From Octopus sinensis (taxonomy: Eukaryota), in contig NC_043023.1 in the NCBI RefSeq assembly GCF_006345805.1, positions 7,502,001 to 7,566,000 of the forward strand: a stretch of 64,000 nt of DNA. The letters run 5' to 3'. Positions within the stretch are counted from its first letter, which is position 1. Each line of letters opens with the position of its first letter. A program made the translations under genes and the position numbers. Under the pieces are notes generated by a model, which was not told the origin of the DNA, did no database searches, and worked only from the letters and a program-made list of their open reading frames with translations. Of the stretch, positions 1-13,059 are shown piece by piece.

Positions 1-412
1 TCATCGGCATCATTATCATCATCATTGTCATTATCATCATCATCATCATTATCATCATCATCCTCGTCATCATCATCATTGTCATCATTTAACATCCACT
101 TTCCATGCTGGCATGGGTTGGACAGTTTGACTGGAGCTGTGAAGGCCAGGTGCTGGCTGCACCAGGCTCCATTATCTGTTTTGGCACAGTCTCTACAGCT
201 GGATGCCCTTCCTAATACCGACCACCCCCACAGAGTGTACTGGATGCTAAACTACTATATCATCAACCGTATTTCTGTGAGGAGAATAAATGAGAGAAAA
301 GAGGGAGAAGGTGCAGTGGGATGATGGGGGGGCGGGGTCCACGAGGTTGCTATGGTTACTTACTGGTTATTGCTGCCATCTGGTGTCACATCGCCTGCAC
401 CATGTGACTTAC

Positions 413-551
413 TGTCGTCCTTCTTCGCAACACCAATGTGGTCACCGCTGCCATCATTGCTCATCTCGGACGAGGAGTCAAAGCTGAAGGTCAACACTTC
501 ATCCAGCTCCACGTCCCAAACGTACAGGTTGGTGTCAGGTCGCTCGTTAGT
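413..551 (-). CDS. IFT140: IFT140 coding exon 15 (TNERPDTNLYVWDVELDEVLTFSFDSSSEMSNDGSGDHIGVAKKDD); gene continues left of the window
   Basis: TTACAG acceptor, GTAAGT donor, phase 0 to 1; PD..(I/L)..(Y/W)DVE.D.V motif. Confidence 0.88.
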
Positions 552-579
552 CTGTAACGAGAGAGGAGGAGGAATTAAT

Positions 580-1290
580 CAAGAATTCAGGAGTAGTGCG
601 GAGAGGTATAGAATGATGGAAGCAGGGGTGCTTTTGCTATGAATGATGGTGGTGGCAGTGGCGGTAGTTGTGGTGGTGATGGTGGTAGTAGTGGTGGTAG
701 TGGTGGTGGTAGTGATGGATTTGTGGTGGTGATGATGGTGGTGGCTATGGTGGTAGTGGTTGTGGTGGGTGTTGTGGTGGTGATAGTAGTGGGGGTTGTG
801 ATGGAGGTGGTGATGGTGGTGGTAGTAGTAGTGGTGATAATAGTGGTGGTGTTGGTGTTGGCAGTAGTTTTGGTGGTGGTGGTGATGGTAGTAATGGTGG
901 CGGTGGTGGTGGTGGTGGTGATGGTAGTAATGGTGGTTGTAGTGGTGGTGGTGGTGGTGGTGGTGATGGTGATGATAGTGGTAGTATTGGTGGTGGTGAT
1001 GGTTGTGATGGTGTTTGTGGGGTGTTGTGATGAATTTGTGGTGGTGGTGATGGTGGTAGTAGTTGTGGTGGTTGTTATGGCTGTCGTGGTGGTAGTGGGG
1101 GGTTGTGATGGAGGTGGTGATGGTGGAAGTGGTAGTAGTAGTAGTAGTGGTGGTAATGGTGCTGGTGGTGGTAGTGATGATGATGATGATGATGATGGTG
1201 GTGGAGATGGTGGTGGTAGTGAAAGTTGTGGTGATGGTGGTAGTGGCGGTAGTGGTGGTGGTGGTGGCCATGTTTAACCTGAGGCCAGTC
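580..1290. repeat. (GTG/ATG/GTA)n trinucleotide low-complexity tract; similar tracts at 2330-2850, 8800-9070, 11000-11440, 11650-12090
   Basis: Directly visible; source of the poly-His/Thr/Val ORFs. Confidence 0.95.
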
Positions 1291-2181
1291 ATGTTGGAGT
1301 AAACATATAATCAAAGATGTTCCAGCTGCGACCATCCCATCTTTTATCCAGACATTGTGTATCTAGGACTACATTATCTAATGTGCAATAAATATTCATG
1401 GCTACAGGTGTTAATTAGCCCCAGGTCAGTCCTAAAACAGGTAACCCTAACCTTAACCCTATGACCAAAAATGCTGCAACTATCAGTGTTCCATTATTTA
1501 TTTGATGCATAGTGTATCTTGGACTACATTATCTAATGTACAGTATAGCAATTAGTATTAGTGGCTGTTATTGTTGTTCTTTAGCCCCAGGTCAGTCCTG
1601 ATCCAGCAGACTTATGATTAAAGATGCTCCAGCTGTGAGTATCCCATTCTTTACTCACAGAGAGGTGAGTGTTTGGTTAGATCATGTACTCCGAGATACA
1701 CCATGCCTGAATAAAGGATGGACTGATTACAGCTGGAACATCTTTGATCATAGGCCTGTCTGGATCAGGACTAACCTAGGGCTATACAACAACAACAACA
1801 ACGACAACTACAGCCACTAATACTAACTACTATACTGTACTTTATATGATGTACTCCAAGATACACTATGCCTGAATAAAAGATGGACTGATTAAAACCA
1901 GGAACATCTTTGATGATAGGCCTGTCTGAACCAGGACTGACCTAGGGCTAAATAACAGCTATAGCCACTAATACTAATTACTATACTGTACATTGGATAA
2001 TGTAGTCCTAGATACACTGTGCTTGAATAGAAAAAGGTGGGATGGCCACAAGTGGAACGTCTATCATCATAGTCCTGGATCAGGACTGGCCCGGGGCTAT
2101 ACAACAATAACAACAACAGCAGCAGCAATTTCAGGAGCAAAATAAGCAGACACCAGGTAGCCTCACAATGTGTTAACTCAC

Positions 2182-2299
2182 CTTCATGCAAAGGAGACTA
2201 ATTCTGTTCCCGGTGCAGTTTGACTTCACTGACACAATCCTGCCTAAATCAGGGATGAATTCGCTCATCGGCTTCGGTACTGAATGTGGTCGGATTTTC
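2182..2299 (-). CDS. IFT140: IFT140 coding exon 14 (KIRPHSVPKPMSEFIPDLGRIVSVKSNCTGNRISLLCMK)
   Basis: TGCAG acceptor, GTGAGT donor, phase 2 to 0. Confidence 0.9.
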
Positions 2300-3802
2300 C
2301 TGCAACAGGGGGAAAATGAGATGTAGATTGAAGATGATGATACTGATGATAGTGGTGGTGGTGGTGGTTGTGATGATGCTGATGATGATGGTGGTAAGGG
2401 TGGTGGTGGTTGTGATGATGCTGATGATGATGGTGGTGGTGGTGGTGGTGGTAGTGGTGGTTGTGATGATGCTCATGATGATGGTGGTGGTGGTGATGGT
2501 GGTTGTGATGGTGATGTCAATGATCATGGTAGTGGTGGTGGTGGTGGTGATTGTGGAGGTGGTGGTAGTGGTGGTTGTGATGGTGGTGGTTGTGATGGTG
2601 GTGGTGGTAGTGGTGGTTGTGGAGGTGGTGGTGGTTGTTATGATGCTGCTGATGATGGTGGTAGTGGTGGTGGTAGTGGTGGTTGTGAAGATGCTCATGA
2701 TGATGATGATGGTGGTAGTGGTTGTGGTAATGACGATATGGATGATGGTAATTATGATGATGATAACCATGGAGATGATGACCATGATGACGATGGTGAT
2801 GCTGATCATGATGATGACGGTGATGACAACAGCAACAACAACAATGGTGGAAACTTGCCCAAGGTGTCGTGCAGTGGGACTGAACCCGGAACCATGTGGT
2901 TGGGAAGCAAGCTTCTTACCACACAGCCATTTTATTTTATTTACTTCCTTTTTTTTTATCGTCAAGCCAAGTGAAATCATAATCGTGGTCAATGCTGGTG
3001 TCACATAACTGGCACTTGTACCAGTGGCACATAAAACCACCTGTGCTGGGGGCATGCCAAAAAGCACCCGTTACATTCTTGGAGAGGTTGGCATTAGGAA
3101 GGGCATCCAGCAGTAGAAACCATGCCAAATCAGACTGGAACCTGGTGCAGCTCTCTGGCTTACCATTTCCAGTTAAACAGTCAAACCCATGCCAGCATGG
3201 AAAGCAGATACTAAATGATGATGATGATGATGATGATGATGGTGGTGGTGATGGTATATATATATGTATATATATATATATTTGTCAAGTCAAGTGAAAC
3301 CGTAATTGTGGCTGATGCCAATGTCGTGTAACTGGCACCCATGCCAGCCTTATGTAAATGGCACTCGTGCCAGCGGCATGTGAAAAGCATCCATTACACT
3401 TTCGGAGTGGTTGGCATTAGGAAGGGCATCCAGCCATAGAAACCATGCCAAATCAAGGCAGTGAGCTGGCAGAAACGTTAGCATGCCGGGCGAAATGCTT
3501 AGCAGTATTTCGTTTGCCACTACGTTCTGAGTTCAATTTCCGCCGAGGTCGACTTTGCCTTTCATCCTTTCGGGATCGATTAAATAAGTACCAGTTATGC
3601 ACTGGGGTTGATCTAATCAATTTAATCCCTTTGTCTGTGCTTTTTTGTTCCCTCTATGTTTAGCCCTTTGTGGGTAATAAGGAAATAAGAAACCATGCCA
3701 AATCAGACTGGAGCCCGGTGCAGTGCTCCGGTATATTAGTTCCAGTCAAACTGTCCGACCCATGCCAGCATGGACAATGGACATTAAATGGTGATGATGA
3801 TG

Positions 3803-3834
<32 letters not shown>

Positions 3835-4200
3835 ACCATTCTTGTTATTCTTGTTTAGCAGCTGGTGATCATGACCATCTACATCAACTTCATCATCATC
3901 ATCATTACCACAACCACCTCTTTCTTTACTACCCACAAGGGGCTACACACAGAGGGGACGAACAAGGACAGACAAATGGATTAAGTCGATTACATCGACC
4001 CCAGTGTGTAACTGGTACTTATTTAATTGACCCCCGAAAGGATGAAAGGCAAAGTCGACCTCGGCGGAATTTGAACTCAGAACGTAGCGGCAGACGAAAT
4101 ACCACCACCACTACTACCATCACCACCACAGACTGATGACTGAAGCAAGTGAAAAAGAAAGAAAGATAAAAAGATGGAAAAAAAAAACAAAAAAACATAC

Positions 4201-4328
4201 CGTCTTGAAAGGTCAAAGAGCTTAAGGATTCCATGGTCAGTAGCTATGACCAAGAAGTTCTCACTGATGTCCATGCAGACTGGCTGACCCTCGCCTTCTG
4301 AGAAATCCAGGAACTGCTTAACTGTGCC
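4201..4328 (-). CDS. IFT140: IFT140 coding exon 13 ([43 protein letters not shown])
   Basis: AAG acceptor, GTATGT donor, phase 0 to 2; GTVKQ.L.FSE.EG.P and FDLSRR are IFT140 hallmarks. Confidence 0.94.
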
Positions 4329-5341
4329 CTTTGCAAAGAGAGGGGACAGACACATGAAAGGGTCACAAGAAGAAGAACAACAACAACATCAGTGGCAACT
4401 ACAATAACACTGCAACAGCACTTCAGTAAGAACTTACAATACTCTGATAATGGTACTCCAGTGACAAGCACTCCTATTAATGACACTCCCATGACACTCC
4501 GACATAACACTACAGTAACAACACTGCAATTATACCCTGAGATTATACTTCAATAACTTCTAACACAACATTCCAATAACACTCCAGCACAGCACTCTAA
4601 TAATACGTTAACACAACACTCCAACACAACTGTTCAAAAACACACAAATGCAACACTCCAGCTCAACACTTCTGTAACACTACAACACAGCATCACAATA
4701 ACACTCCAGTGCAACACGCTAATAACACTCCAACACAACACTCCAGTTCAACACTCTGATAACACTTCAGCTCAACACTTCAATATAACACTCAAACCCT
4801 ACACTCCAATAATACTTAATCATTGCACTCCAATTACACTCCAACACAGCACCCTAATAACACTCTAGTGCAACACTACAACACGATACTCCAATAACAC
4901 ATGGACACAACACTTCGGTAATAATGCTGAAATTACAGGAGTGGCTGTGTGGTAATTAACTTGCTTACCAACCACATGGTTCCAGGTTCAATCCCACTGT
5001 GTGGCACCTTGGGCAAGTGTCTTCTACTATAACCTCAGGCCGACAAAAGCCTTGTGAGTGGATTTGGTAGACGGAAACTGTAAGAAGCCTGTCATATATA
5101 TGTATGTATGTATATGTTGTGTTAATTGTCCTGTACTCCATTTTTTGTTGTTTTTAAAAAAATGTCCAGTTCCTTTGGTTTGTGTCTATGTTTTCGTTTC
5201 TCTTTGTGTTCGACGTCCCTTTGGTGTCCTGTACTCATATATGCGTGTATATGTACATGTAGAGGTAGGTACGTACATATATGTTTATATATATGCATAT
5301 GTTTTATTTCATTTATTAATATATATATATATATATGTATG

Positions 5342-5415
<74 letters not shown>

Positions 5416-5827
5416 TGTGTGTGTGTTGTGTGTGTGTGTGTGTGTGTGTGTGTTTGTCTCCCCACATAGCTTGACAACCGATGCTGGTGTGTTTACGTCC
5501 CCGTAACTTAGCAGTTCGGCAAAAGAGACCGATAGAATAAGTACTAGGCTTACAAAGAATAAGTCCTGCGGTCAATTTGTTCGACTAAAGGCAGTGCTCC
5601 AGCATGGCCGCAGTCAAATGACTGAAACAAGTAAAAGGGTAAAAAACTAAAAGAATAACACTTCAGTAACCACACTGAAATTACACCCTAGCATGCCACC
5701 CCAATAACCGTCTGGCACAACACTACAGAAACAACACTGCAATGGCAACACTCCAACACAGCACTCTGCTAATGATATTCCAATAATGGTGCTAATAATG
5801 ACACTCCAAGAATGACATTTCACTTAC

Positions 5828-5919
5828 CTGGAAAGTGCGAACCTTCACAGTTCCCTGCTCCAGGAGCAACAGGCTTTGTTCAAAGATGCAAATGTTGACG
5901 GAATCCGTTTCAAAAGTAG
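5828..5919 (-). CDS. IFT140: IFT140 coding exon 12 (ATFETDSVNICIFEQSLLLLEQGTVKVRTFQ)
   Basis: TTTCAG acceptor, GTAAGT donor, phase 1 to 0; ends VxVRT(W/F)Q. Confidence 0.9.
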
Positions 5920-6759
5920 CTGAAATTGAGTAATGGTCGGAGGTATAGATTATGTTGGAGTGGCAGATAGTAGTGATGGTGGCGGTGGTGGTTGTGGTGG
6001 TGGTAGATGCAACTGTAAATGTAGAGTATGTCATATTTCTATGAAAGACATCTCTTGTCTATAGGCGCAGGAGTGGCTGCGTGGTAAGTAGCTTGCTTAC
6101 CAACCACATGGTTCCGGGTTCAGTCCCACTGCGTGGCATCTTGGGCAAGTGTCTTCTACTATAGCCCCAGGCCGACCAATACCTTGTGAGTGGATTTGGT
6201 AGAGGGAAACTGAAAGAAGCCCGTCGTATATATATATAAATATAGGCGTAGGAGTGGCTGTGTGGTAAGTAGCTTGCTAACTAACCGCATAGTTCCAGGT
6301 TCAGTCCCACTGCGTAGCACCTTGGGCAAGTGTCTTCTACTATAGCCCCAGGCCGACCAATGCCTTGTAAGTGGATTTGGTAGACGGAAACTGAAAGAAG
6401 CCTGTCGTATATATATATATATATTTATATATGTATGTGTGTGTGTGTTTGTGTGTCTGTGTTTGTCCCCCTAGCATTGTTTGACAACCGATGCTGGTGT
6501 GTTTACGCCCCTGTCACTTAGCGGTTCGGCAAAAGAAACCGATAGAATAAGTACTGGGCTTACAAAGAATAAGTCCTGCAGTCGATTTGCTTGACTAAAG
6601 GCGGTGCTCCAGCATGGCCACAGTCAAATGACTGAAACAAGTAAAAGAGTAAAAGAGAGTAAGAGTATGTGATTAACAGCTGCCTAAATAATGTCACTAA
6701 GGTACTGCTGGAATAACTGGGCCAGATGTGGGTGGTTTAAACGATAAAGGGTTAAAATA

Positions 6760-7355
6760 ATGTTTTTGATTCGACGGTCATTCGGAATGCTCACAGCAGC
6801 CATATTCCTCCCGCTCTATGTCACACTGGTGAGACCCATTTTGGAGTATGGGATTCAAGCCTCTTCTCCTTATCTCCTCAAAGACATACATCATCTCGAA
6901 AGAGTCCAGAAGCTGGCTATCCGCATGATTCTTGGTCTCAAGAATTTGTCTTATGAAGAAAGGCTGAAGACGCTCGACCTTTATTCTCTCGAAAAACGAC
7001 GATGCCGTGGTGATCTCATTCTCACTCACAACATCATAAGAGGAAAGTGTAACCTCTCGAAAGAGCTGTTCTTCACTCCTGCTCCAGAGCGTCGGCTGTG
7101 GGGTCACTCCGAAAAGCTCTATCTGCGACGATTTCATCTCAATCGAAGGAGAGGGGCTTTCTCTGTCCGGGTTGTGGATCCGTGGAATAAGCTGCCGGAC
7201 GAGATAGTGAAGATGCCGACGACCGCTCGGTTCAAAGTCTCTCTTGACCAGAAATGGCCTGAACTCATTGCATGAACATCCTCCCTGTACATAACTCCAT
7301 GTCCCCCTACATGGTCTTGCTTTTTGCTTTTTCAGCCAAATAAACTTATAATAGA
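6760..7355 (+). mobile_element. CR1/L2-clade LINE 3' end (post-RT region of ORF2)
   Basis: 171-aa ORF with LYxTLVRPILEY...LERVQ...LSYEERL..LDLYSLEKRR.RGDLI and FSVRVV..WNKLP motifs. Confidence 0.85.
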
Positions 7356-7473
7356 ACAAGGGAAGAACACAATCAACTGAACAAAATAACCCCTATTTTC
7401 ATATGCTATACGCTATACCATTATACCACCAAAAGTAACTAAAAGGCCCTAACTGGGGCCCCTGTATACTTAC

Positions 7474-7552
7474 CCAAAACCTTTACTTCCAAGTTGTCTG
7501 CAGATAATTCATAAACATGTGCCTGCTTGCCATTCCATACCACAAAGTTTCC
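7474..7552 (-). CDS. IFT140: IFT140 coding exon 11 (GNFVVWNGKQAHVYELSADNLEVKVL)
   Basis: TTTCAG acceptor, GTAAGT donor, phase 0 to 1; VWNGxQ motif. Too short for the ORF track. Confidence 0.9.
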
Positions 7553-9082
7553 CTGAAAGTAATTAGATAGAAAATGTTAAACCCCTAAACACGTTGACTC
7601 ATATACAATGTTAAACACCAACATAGCATTAACCCCTACGTAATACATTAACCTTTGCTCAGTACAATCCCTTAAACAATGCTGGTACCTTAAACATTAG
7701 CCCCTGTTATTGATATTAAACCTGTGCATTAACCCCTAAATAGTAGTTGCAGTACCACCACCAACAACAACAACTGTTCAAGAATTTGGACCTGGAGATC
7801 TCCATTTCCAGCGACTTTGAGGGCCACCTCCCAGTGGTGTCAGGCGTCAAAGAAGAGCCCTCAACTACAACAAGACGACCAATGTTTTTTTTTCTCCAAG
7901 GTCTGGGGTCTCTCGCCCCTAAACCCTAGACCATCACCTAATCACCCTTACCTGTCTTGTTGCTTAATAACAACAACAACAGCACCAGTGGAGCCGCAAT
8001 GGCCCAGTGGTTAGGGCAGCGGACTTGCGGTCATAAGAATGCAGTTTCGATTCTCAGACCGGACATTGTGAGTGTTTATTGAGCAAAAACAGTTAAAGCT
8101 CCACAAGGCTCCAGCAGGGGGTGAACCCCACTGTACTCTTTCACCACAACTTTCTCTCACTCTTTCTTCCTACTTCTGCCACAAAGCAGAGGAACCATGG
8201 TGTAACCCACTATGGTGTGGTAAAACTTTCAGACCCTAGTCTAGATTGTGAATCCTCTGTACCCCAGGATGGTTCAGCTCTCCACCCGTTAAAATCCACC
8301 GTTTATGGAATGAGGATAACAACATAGCTTTCGTGCCCATGCAACCACCAGTATATCGCGTGTGGTGGGTGGATCTTCAAGTTGCCACACACATTCTTAG
8401 TAGCTTAGAGTAAGCTCGAATGAGAGATTGTTCTTTGTGGCTAATGACAGAGTCCTGATTGGAAGAAGAAGAAGACAGCAGCAATAAGTGGAGGCACAAT
8501 GGTCCAGGGGTTAGGGCAGCTGACTCGCGGTCGTAAGAACACAGTTTCGATTCCCAGACAGGGCATTGTGAGTGTTTATTGAGCAAAAACACCTAAGCTC
8601 CACGAGGTTCCGGCGGGGAGAGGTGGTGAACCCCGCTGTACTCTTTCACCACAATTTTCTCTCACTCTTTCTTCCTACTTCTGCCACAAAGCATAGGAAC
8701 CATGGTGTAACCCACTATAGTGCCACACGCACTCTTAGTAGCTTAGAGTAGGCTCAAATTAGAGATTATACTTTGTGGCTAATGGCGTGAGTCCTGACTG
8801 GAAGAAGGAGGAGGAGGAGGAGCAAGAGGGGGATGAGGAGGAGCAAGAGGGGGATGAGGAGGAGCAGAGGAGGAAGAAGAAGAAGAAGAGGAGGAGGAGG
8901 AGGAGGAGGAGGAAGAGGAGGAAGAAGAAGACAACAGCAGCTGCAGCAATGACAACAACAAAAACACCAGCAGTAGCACCACCACCAACAACAACATCAA
9001 CAACAGCACCACCACCAACAACAGCAGCAGTAACAACATCAATGGCAGCAGCAATGACAACAACAACAGCAGGTCGGCTTAC

Positions 9083-9193
9083 CTTTGTAGTATAAACCCC
9101 CTTCACCTGGACATGGCACTCAAAAATCCTCTGTTGCCCAGCCTCAATAGCATCAATGGACAGTGTAGTGGGGCTGGTCTGAATCACGGCAAT
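9083..9193 (-). CDS. IFT140: IFT140 coding exon 10 (IAVIQTSPTTLSIDAIEAGQQRIFECHVQVKGVYTTK)
   Basis: CATAG acceptor, GTAAGC donor, 111 nt, phase 0 to 0. Confidence 0.9.
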
Positions 9194-9456
9194 CTATGGA
9201 AGAAATGGAAGTGAGATATAGATGGCAGGCTACACAGGCAAACAGTGCATAGGGTCCTAGGGCCCTAGGTTCAATCCCAGATGTCGTCGTTACTCACAAC
9301 TATATCAATCGCACAAGGAAAGGTAAAAGTTGCTAATGTGGTTATGTGGTCATTAAACATGCTTGATCTGGTAGCTAAATTTTCCCTCAAATCTCAAATT
9401 TCACTCCATTGTCTTATAAGATGTAGGACGTGTGTATGTGTCTATATACATACATA

Positions 9457-9507
<51 letters not shown>

Positions 9508-9508
9508 C

Positions 9509-9573
<65 letters not shown>

Positions 9574-9575
9574 CG

Positions 9576-9870
9576 TGGAGGCGCAATGGCCCAGTGGTTA
9601 GGGCAGCGGACTCGCGGTCGTAGGATCGCGGTTTCGATTCCCAGACCGGGCGTGTGAGTGTTTATTGAGCAAAAACACCTAAAGCTCCACGAGGTTCCAG
9701 CAGGAGGTGGTGCCGATCCCTGCTGTACTCTTTCACCACTCTTTCTCCCACTCTTTCTTCTGTTGGCCTGCTCGCTTAGCCAGCAGGGTGGCGTCATTCG
9801 AAGGCTAAAACAATGCGAACGCATTGTGACCAGCGATGTGTAACAACATCTGATGGTCTGGTCGGTCACG
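9576..9870 (+). mobile_element. SINE family B (GGAGGCGCAATGGCCCAGTGGTTAGGGCAGCGG head); representative copy
   Basis: A-box/B-box-like head (TGGCCCAGTGG, GTTTCGATTCC). Other copies at about 7988, 8490, 18518, 25160-25530(-), 47577, 58380-58735(-), 63340-63840(-). Confidence 0.8.
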
Positions 9871-9910
9871 TGATCACGTGATATATATATGTATATATCG
9901 AAACGTAAAA

Positions 9911-9964
<54 letters not shown>

Positions 9965-10100
9965 TAATATAATATATATATATATATATCATCATCATCA
10001 TCATCATTTAGCGTCCGTTTTCCATGCTAGCATGGGTTGGATGGTTTAACGGGGTCTGTGAAGCCGGAAGGCTTCATCAGGCCCATATATATATATATAT

Positions 10101-10154
<54 letters not shown>

Positions 10155-10249
10155 TTATACATATACATATATACAAATATATAAAGCAAGCTGCTTACCA
10201 CACAGCCACTCCTGCGCCTTATTCTGTTTTTACTGTCACCTCAAAGCCA

Positions 10250-10530
10250 AGCATGAAGGCTGCTGAGTCAGAGCTAAGCTACATGCAGGGGGCCGAGAAG
10301 GTATTAACATTGCTGGATGGGCCCGTCGTGCGGAGTGTCAGAGGGGCAAAAAAGCCCCTATAAAGTCTTTAACTGATGAACAAGGGTGTAAGATCTATCA
10401 ACAGGAAAAGATGCAAAAGGCCTTTCACCAGCATTTCACTGGCTTGTTTGGGCAGGGTAGCTCGCTTGAGTGTGTGGAGCCCTTAAAGTATGTGTGTAGA
10501 TATGACCACCATAAAGACAGAAATTTGAGA
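10250..10530 (+). mobile_element. Possible L1/Tx1-like ORF2 fragment
   Basis: Frame reading IKSLTDEQGCKIYQQEKMQKAFHQHFTGLFGQG resembles the EN-RT linker of L1/Tx1 elements; decayed. Confidence 0.4.
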
Positions 10531-10598
10531 GATTTCATTGCTATTTCTACAAGATGAGGCCACCACATGGAGGCCTGCTCACTGGATCATCTACTCAC

Positions 10599-10691
10599 CT
10601 GATGATTCAAATGGTAACACATGCTGCTTTCTCGTAGAATGAGGACGGACCGCCAAGTGTTGACACACAGTAAGTTCTTTGACTGGCACCA
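10599..10691 (-). CDS. IFT140: IFT140 coding exon 9 (WCQSKNLLCVNTWRSVLILRESSMCYHLNHQ)
   Basis: TTTCAG acceptor, GTGAGT donor, 93 nt, phase 0 to 0; matches WxSxKNLLxVN. Confidence 0.92.
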
Positions 10692-11473
10692 CTGAAATGG
10701 TAAAAACGTTATCTAGCATTACGAGCAACAACAGTAGCAACAACAATAAACGGTTGTGTATTGTAAAGCAGTGTGATTCTTGGATCTAAACAGAATATGA
10801 GATCTTTCCACTACACAAAGTCTACATCTCTTTGATACATTTACATTCAACGTCAATAGCTCCGTGATGCACCATTTGATTGTGTGTGATGTGTAACCTG
10901 GCCTTCAGATCCCATATGTAGCTAGCTAACAGTGTATCTTTATTCTTATTCATGTGTAGTAAAGTAGACTTGTGAGCTCAATTTTTATTTTATTTTTTAT
11001 CTTTTGATGGTGGGGATGATAGTGGTGGTGGTTATGGTGATAGCAGTAATGGTAGTGGTGGTGGCGGTGGTGTTGGTGGTGATGATGGTGGTTATGGTGA
11101 TGGCAGTAATGGTAGTGGTGGTGGTGATAATGATGGTGGTAGTGATAGTGATGGTGGTGTGGTAGTAATGATGATGGTGGTAGTGGTTGAAATGACGATG
11201 GTGGTAGTGGTGGTGGTGATGGTAGTGTTGATGGGGATAATAGCTGTGATGGTTATGGTGATGTTGGTGGAGGTGGTGATAGTGGTAGCAATGATAGTGG
11301 TGATGGTGGTGGTGGTTGAGGTAGTGGTGTTGATGGTTGTTGTAATGGTGGTGCTGATGGCGATAATAGCTGTGATGGTTATGGTGATGATGGTAGAGGT
11401 GGTGATGGTGGTGGTTATGGTTATGGTAGTGGTGGTGGTATGAAGATGCAAAAGTGTAGAGTCGCAACCTTAC

Positions 11474-11619
11474 CGTGAGCATCCGAACGGGTGCCCCTAC
11501 CACATTGGGACTGTGCAGTTTCCACTTCATCTCTCGAACCTTCTTGGTTGTTGACTTAGCCGAGGGGACATGGGACCACATGGCTACATTCCCCATCTGG
11601 GTCCCTCCAGCAAGCATGC
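11474..11619 (-). CDS. IFT140: IFT140 coding exon 8 (GMLAGGTQMGNVAMWSHVPSAKSTTKKVREMKWKLHSPNVVGAPVRMLT)
   Basis: TACAG acceptor, GTAAGG donor, phase 1 to 0; matches GLLAAGTxxGxVAMW. Confidence 0.92.
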
Positions 11620-11899
11620 CTGTAAAATAGAGAGCAAAAGAAGACTATTGAATTATTATCATCAGCAGCAGCATCACCATTATCATCATCTTCAACATCA
11701 TCATTGTCATCATCATCATCATTGCCATCACCATTATCATTGTCATTATCATCACTACCATTACTGTCATCACCGTCATCATTGTCATCATCACCATCAT
11801 CATCATCAGCGTCACCATTATTATCATCAGTCACTATCATCATCATCATCGCCATCAACATTATTGTCATCATCATCACCATTGTCATCATAAGTCATT

Positions 11900-11930
<31 letters not shown>

Positions 11931-12716
11931 CCATTATCGTCATCATCATCATCAACATTATCGTCATCATCATCATCACCATTGTCATCATAAGTTACTA
12001 TCATCGTCATCATCATCACCATCACCATTATCATTGTAACCATTGTCATCATCAGTCACTATCATTATCGTCATCATCGTCATTATCATCATTGTGGAGG
12101 TGCGTGGCTTAGTGGTTAGGGTGTTGGACTGATGGTCATAAGACCATGGTTTCGATTCCTGGACCAGGCGACGTATTGTGTTCTTGACCAAAACACTTCA
12201 CTTCATGTTGCTCCAGTCCACTCAGCTGGCAAAAACGAGTTATCCTGTGACAGACCAGCATCCATTTCAGGTGGGAAATATATACACCACGGAAAAAAAA
12301 AAACGGCCCTTATGAGTCAGTAAGACTTGAGAGGGTGACGTTACTTTACTATCATCATCCTCGTGGAGGCATGTGGCTTAGTGGTTAGGGTGTCAGCATC
12401 ATGATCGTAAGGTTGTGGTTTCGATTCCCAGACAGGGCAATGCGTTGTGTTCTTGAGCAAAACACTTCATTTCACGTTGCTCCAGTCCACTCAGCTGGCA
12501 AAAGTGAGTAATACTGAGATGGACCGGCGTCCCATCCAGGTGGGGGAATTTCTACGCCACTGAAACCAGTAAACCGGCCCTTATGAGCCTGGCATGGCAC
12601 GAGAAGGAACATTTTTTTTTTATCATCATCATCATTTGTAGGAGGAGTAGGACTCTATTGAGTCCCAGTATATAACTGGTATGTTGAAAATAATGAGAAA
12701 AAAGCAAGACACTCAC

Positions 12717-12823
12717 CCCTCCTGGGGCAAAAATCCACACTCAGTATCTGTTCATTGGAAACGTAACTCTGGTGATTCTCAAGTGACAGTTGATCATTCT
12801 CTTCTTTATCTAGATCAAACATC
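12717..12823 (-). CDS. IFT140: IFT140 coding exon 7 (MFDLDKEENDQLSLENHQSYVSNEQILSVDFCPRR)
   Basis: TTTCCAG acceptor, GTGAGT donor, phase 2 to 1; corresponds to the FWDIERGENYIL region. Confidence 0.88.
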
Positions 12824-13059
12824 CTGGAAATAAAAGAAATTATGTTACATTTAATTACAAAAGACCTCTAGAATAATTTTACTTGACAGGGTGCATAACT
12901 GAGAAATCAGGGAGTCTCTCCCAGATGAGCTGTTATTTCTCTGCATTGAGAGGTAAAATCTCTGGTGCTATGGACATGTGATTAGAATGTCAAAGGAAAG
13001 AATCACAACACAGATACTTCAAGCCAAAACAACAGAATGAAGACCAAGGGGCAGGCCAA

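Noticed and set aside
579-3067. Long poly-His/Thr/Val ORFs (also 10997-12039)
   Set aside because: Translations of trinucleotide tracts, open on both strands; only the embedded IFT140 exon portions are real.
9576-9650. tRNA gene (and similar heads of other SINEs)
   Set aside because: A/B-box-like head continues into a repeated SINE body; no complete cloverleaf or terminator seen.
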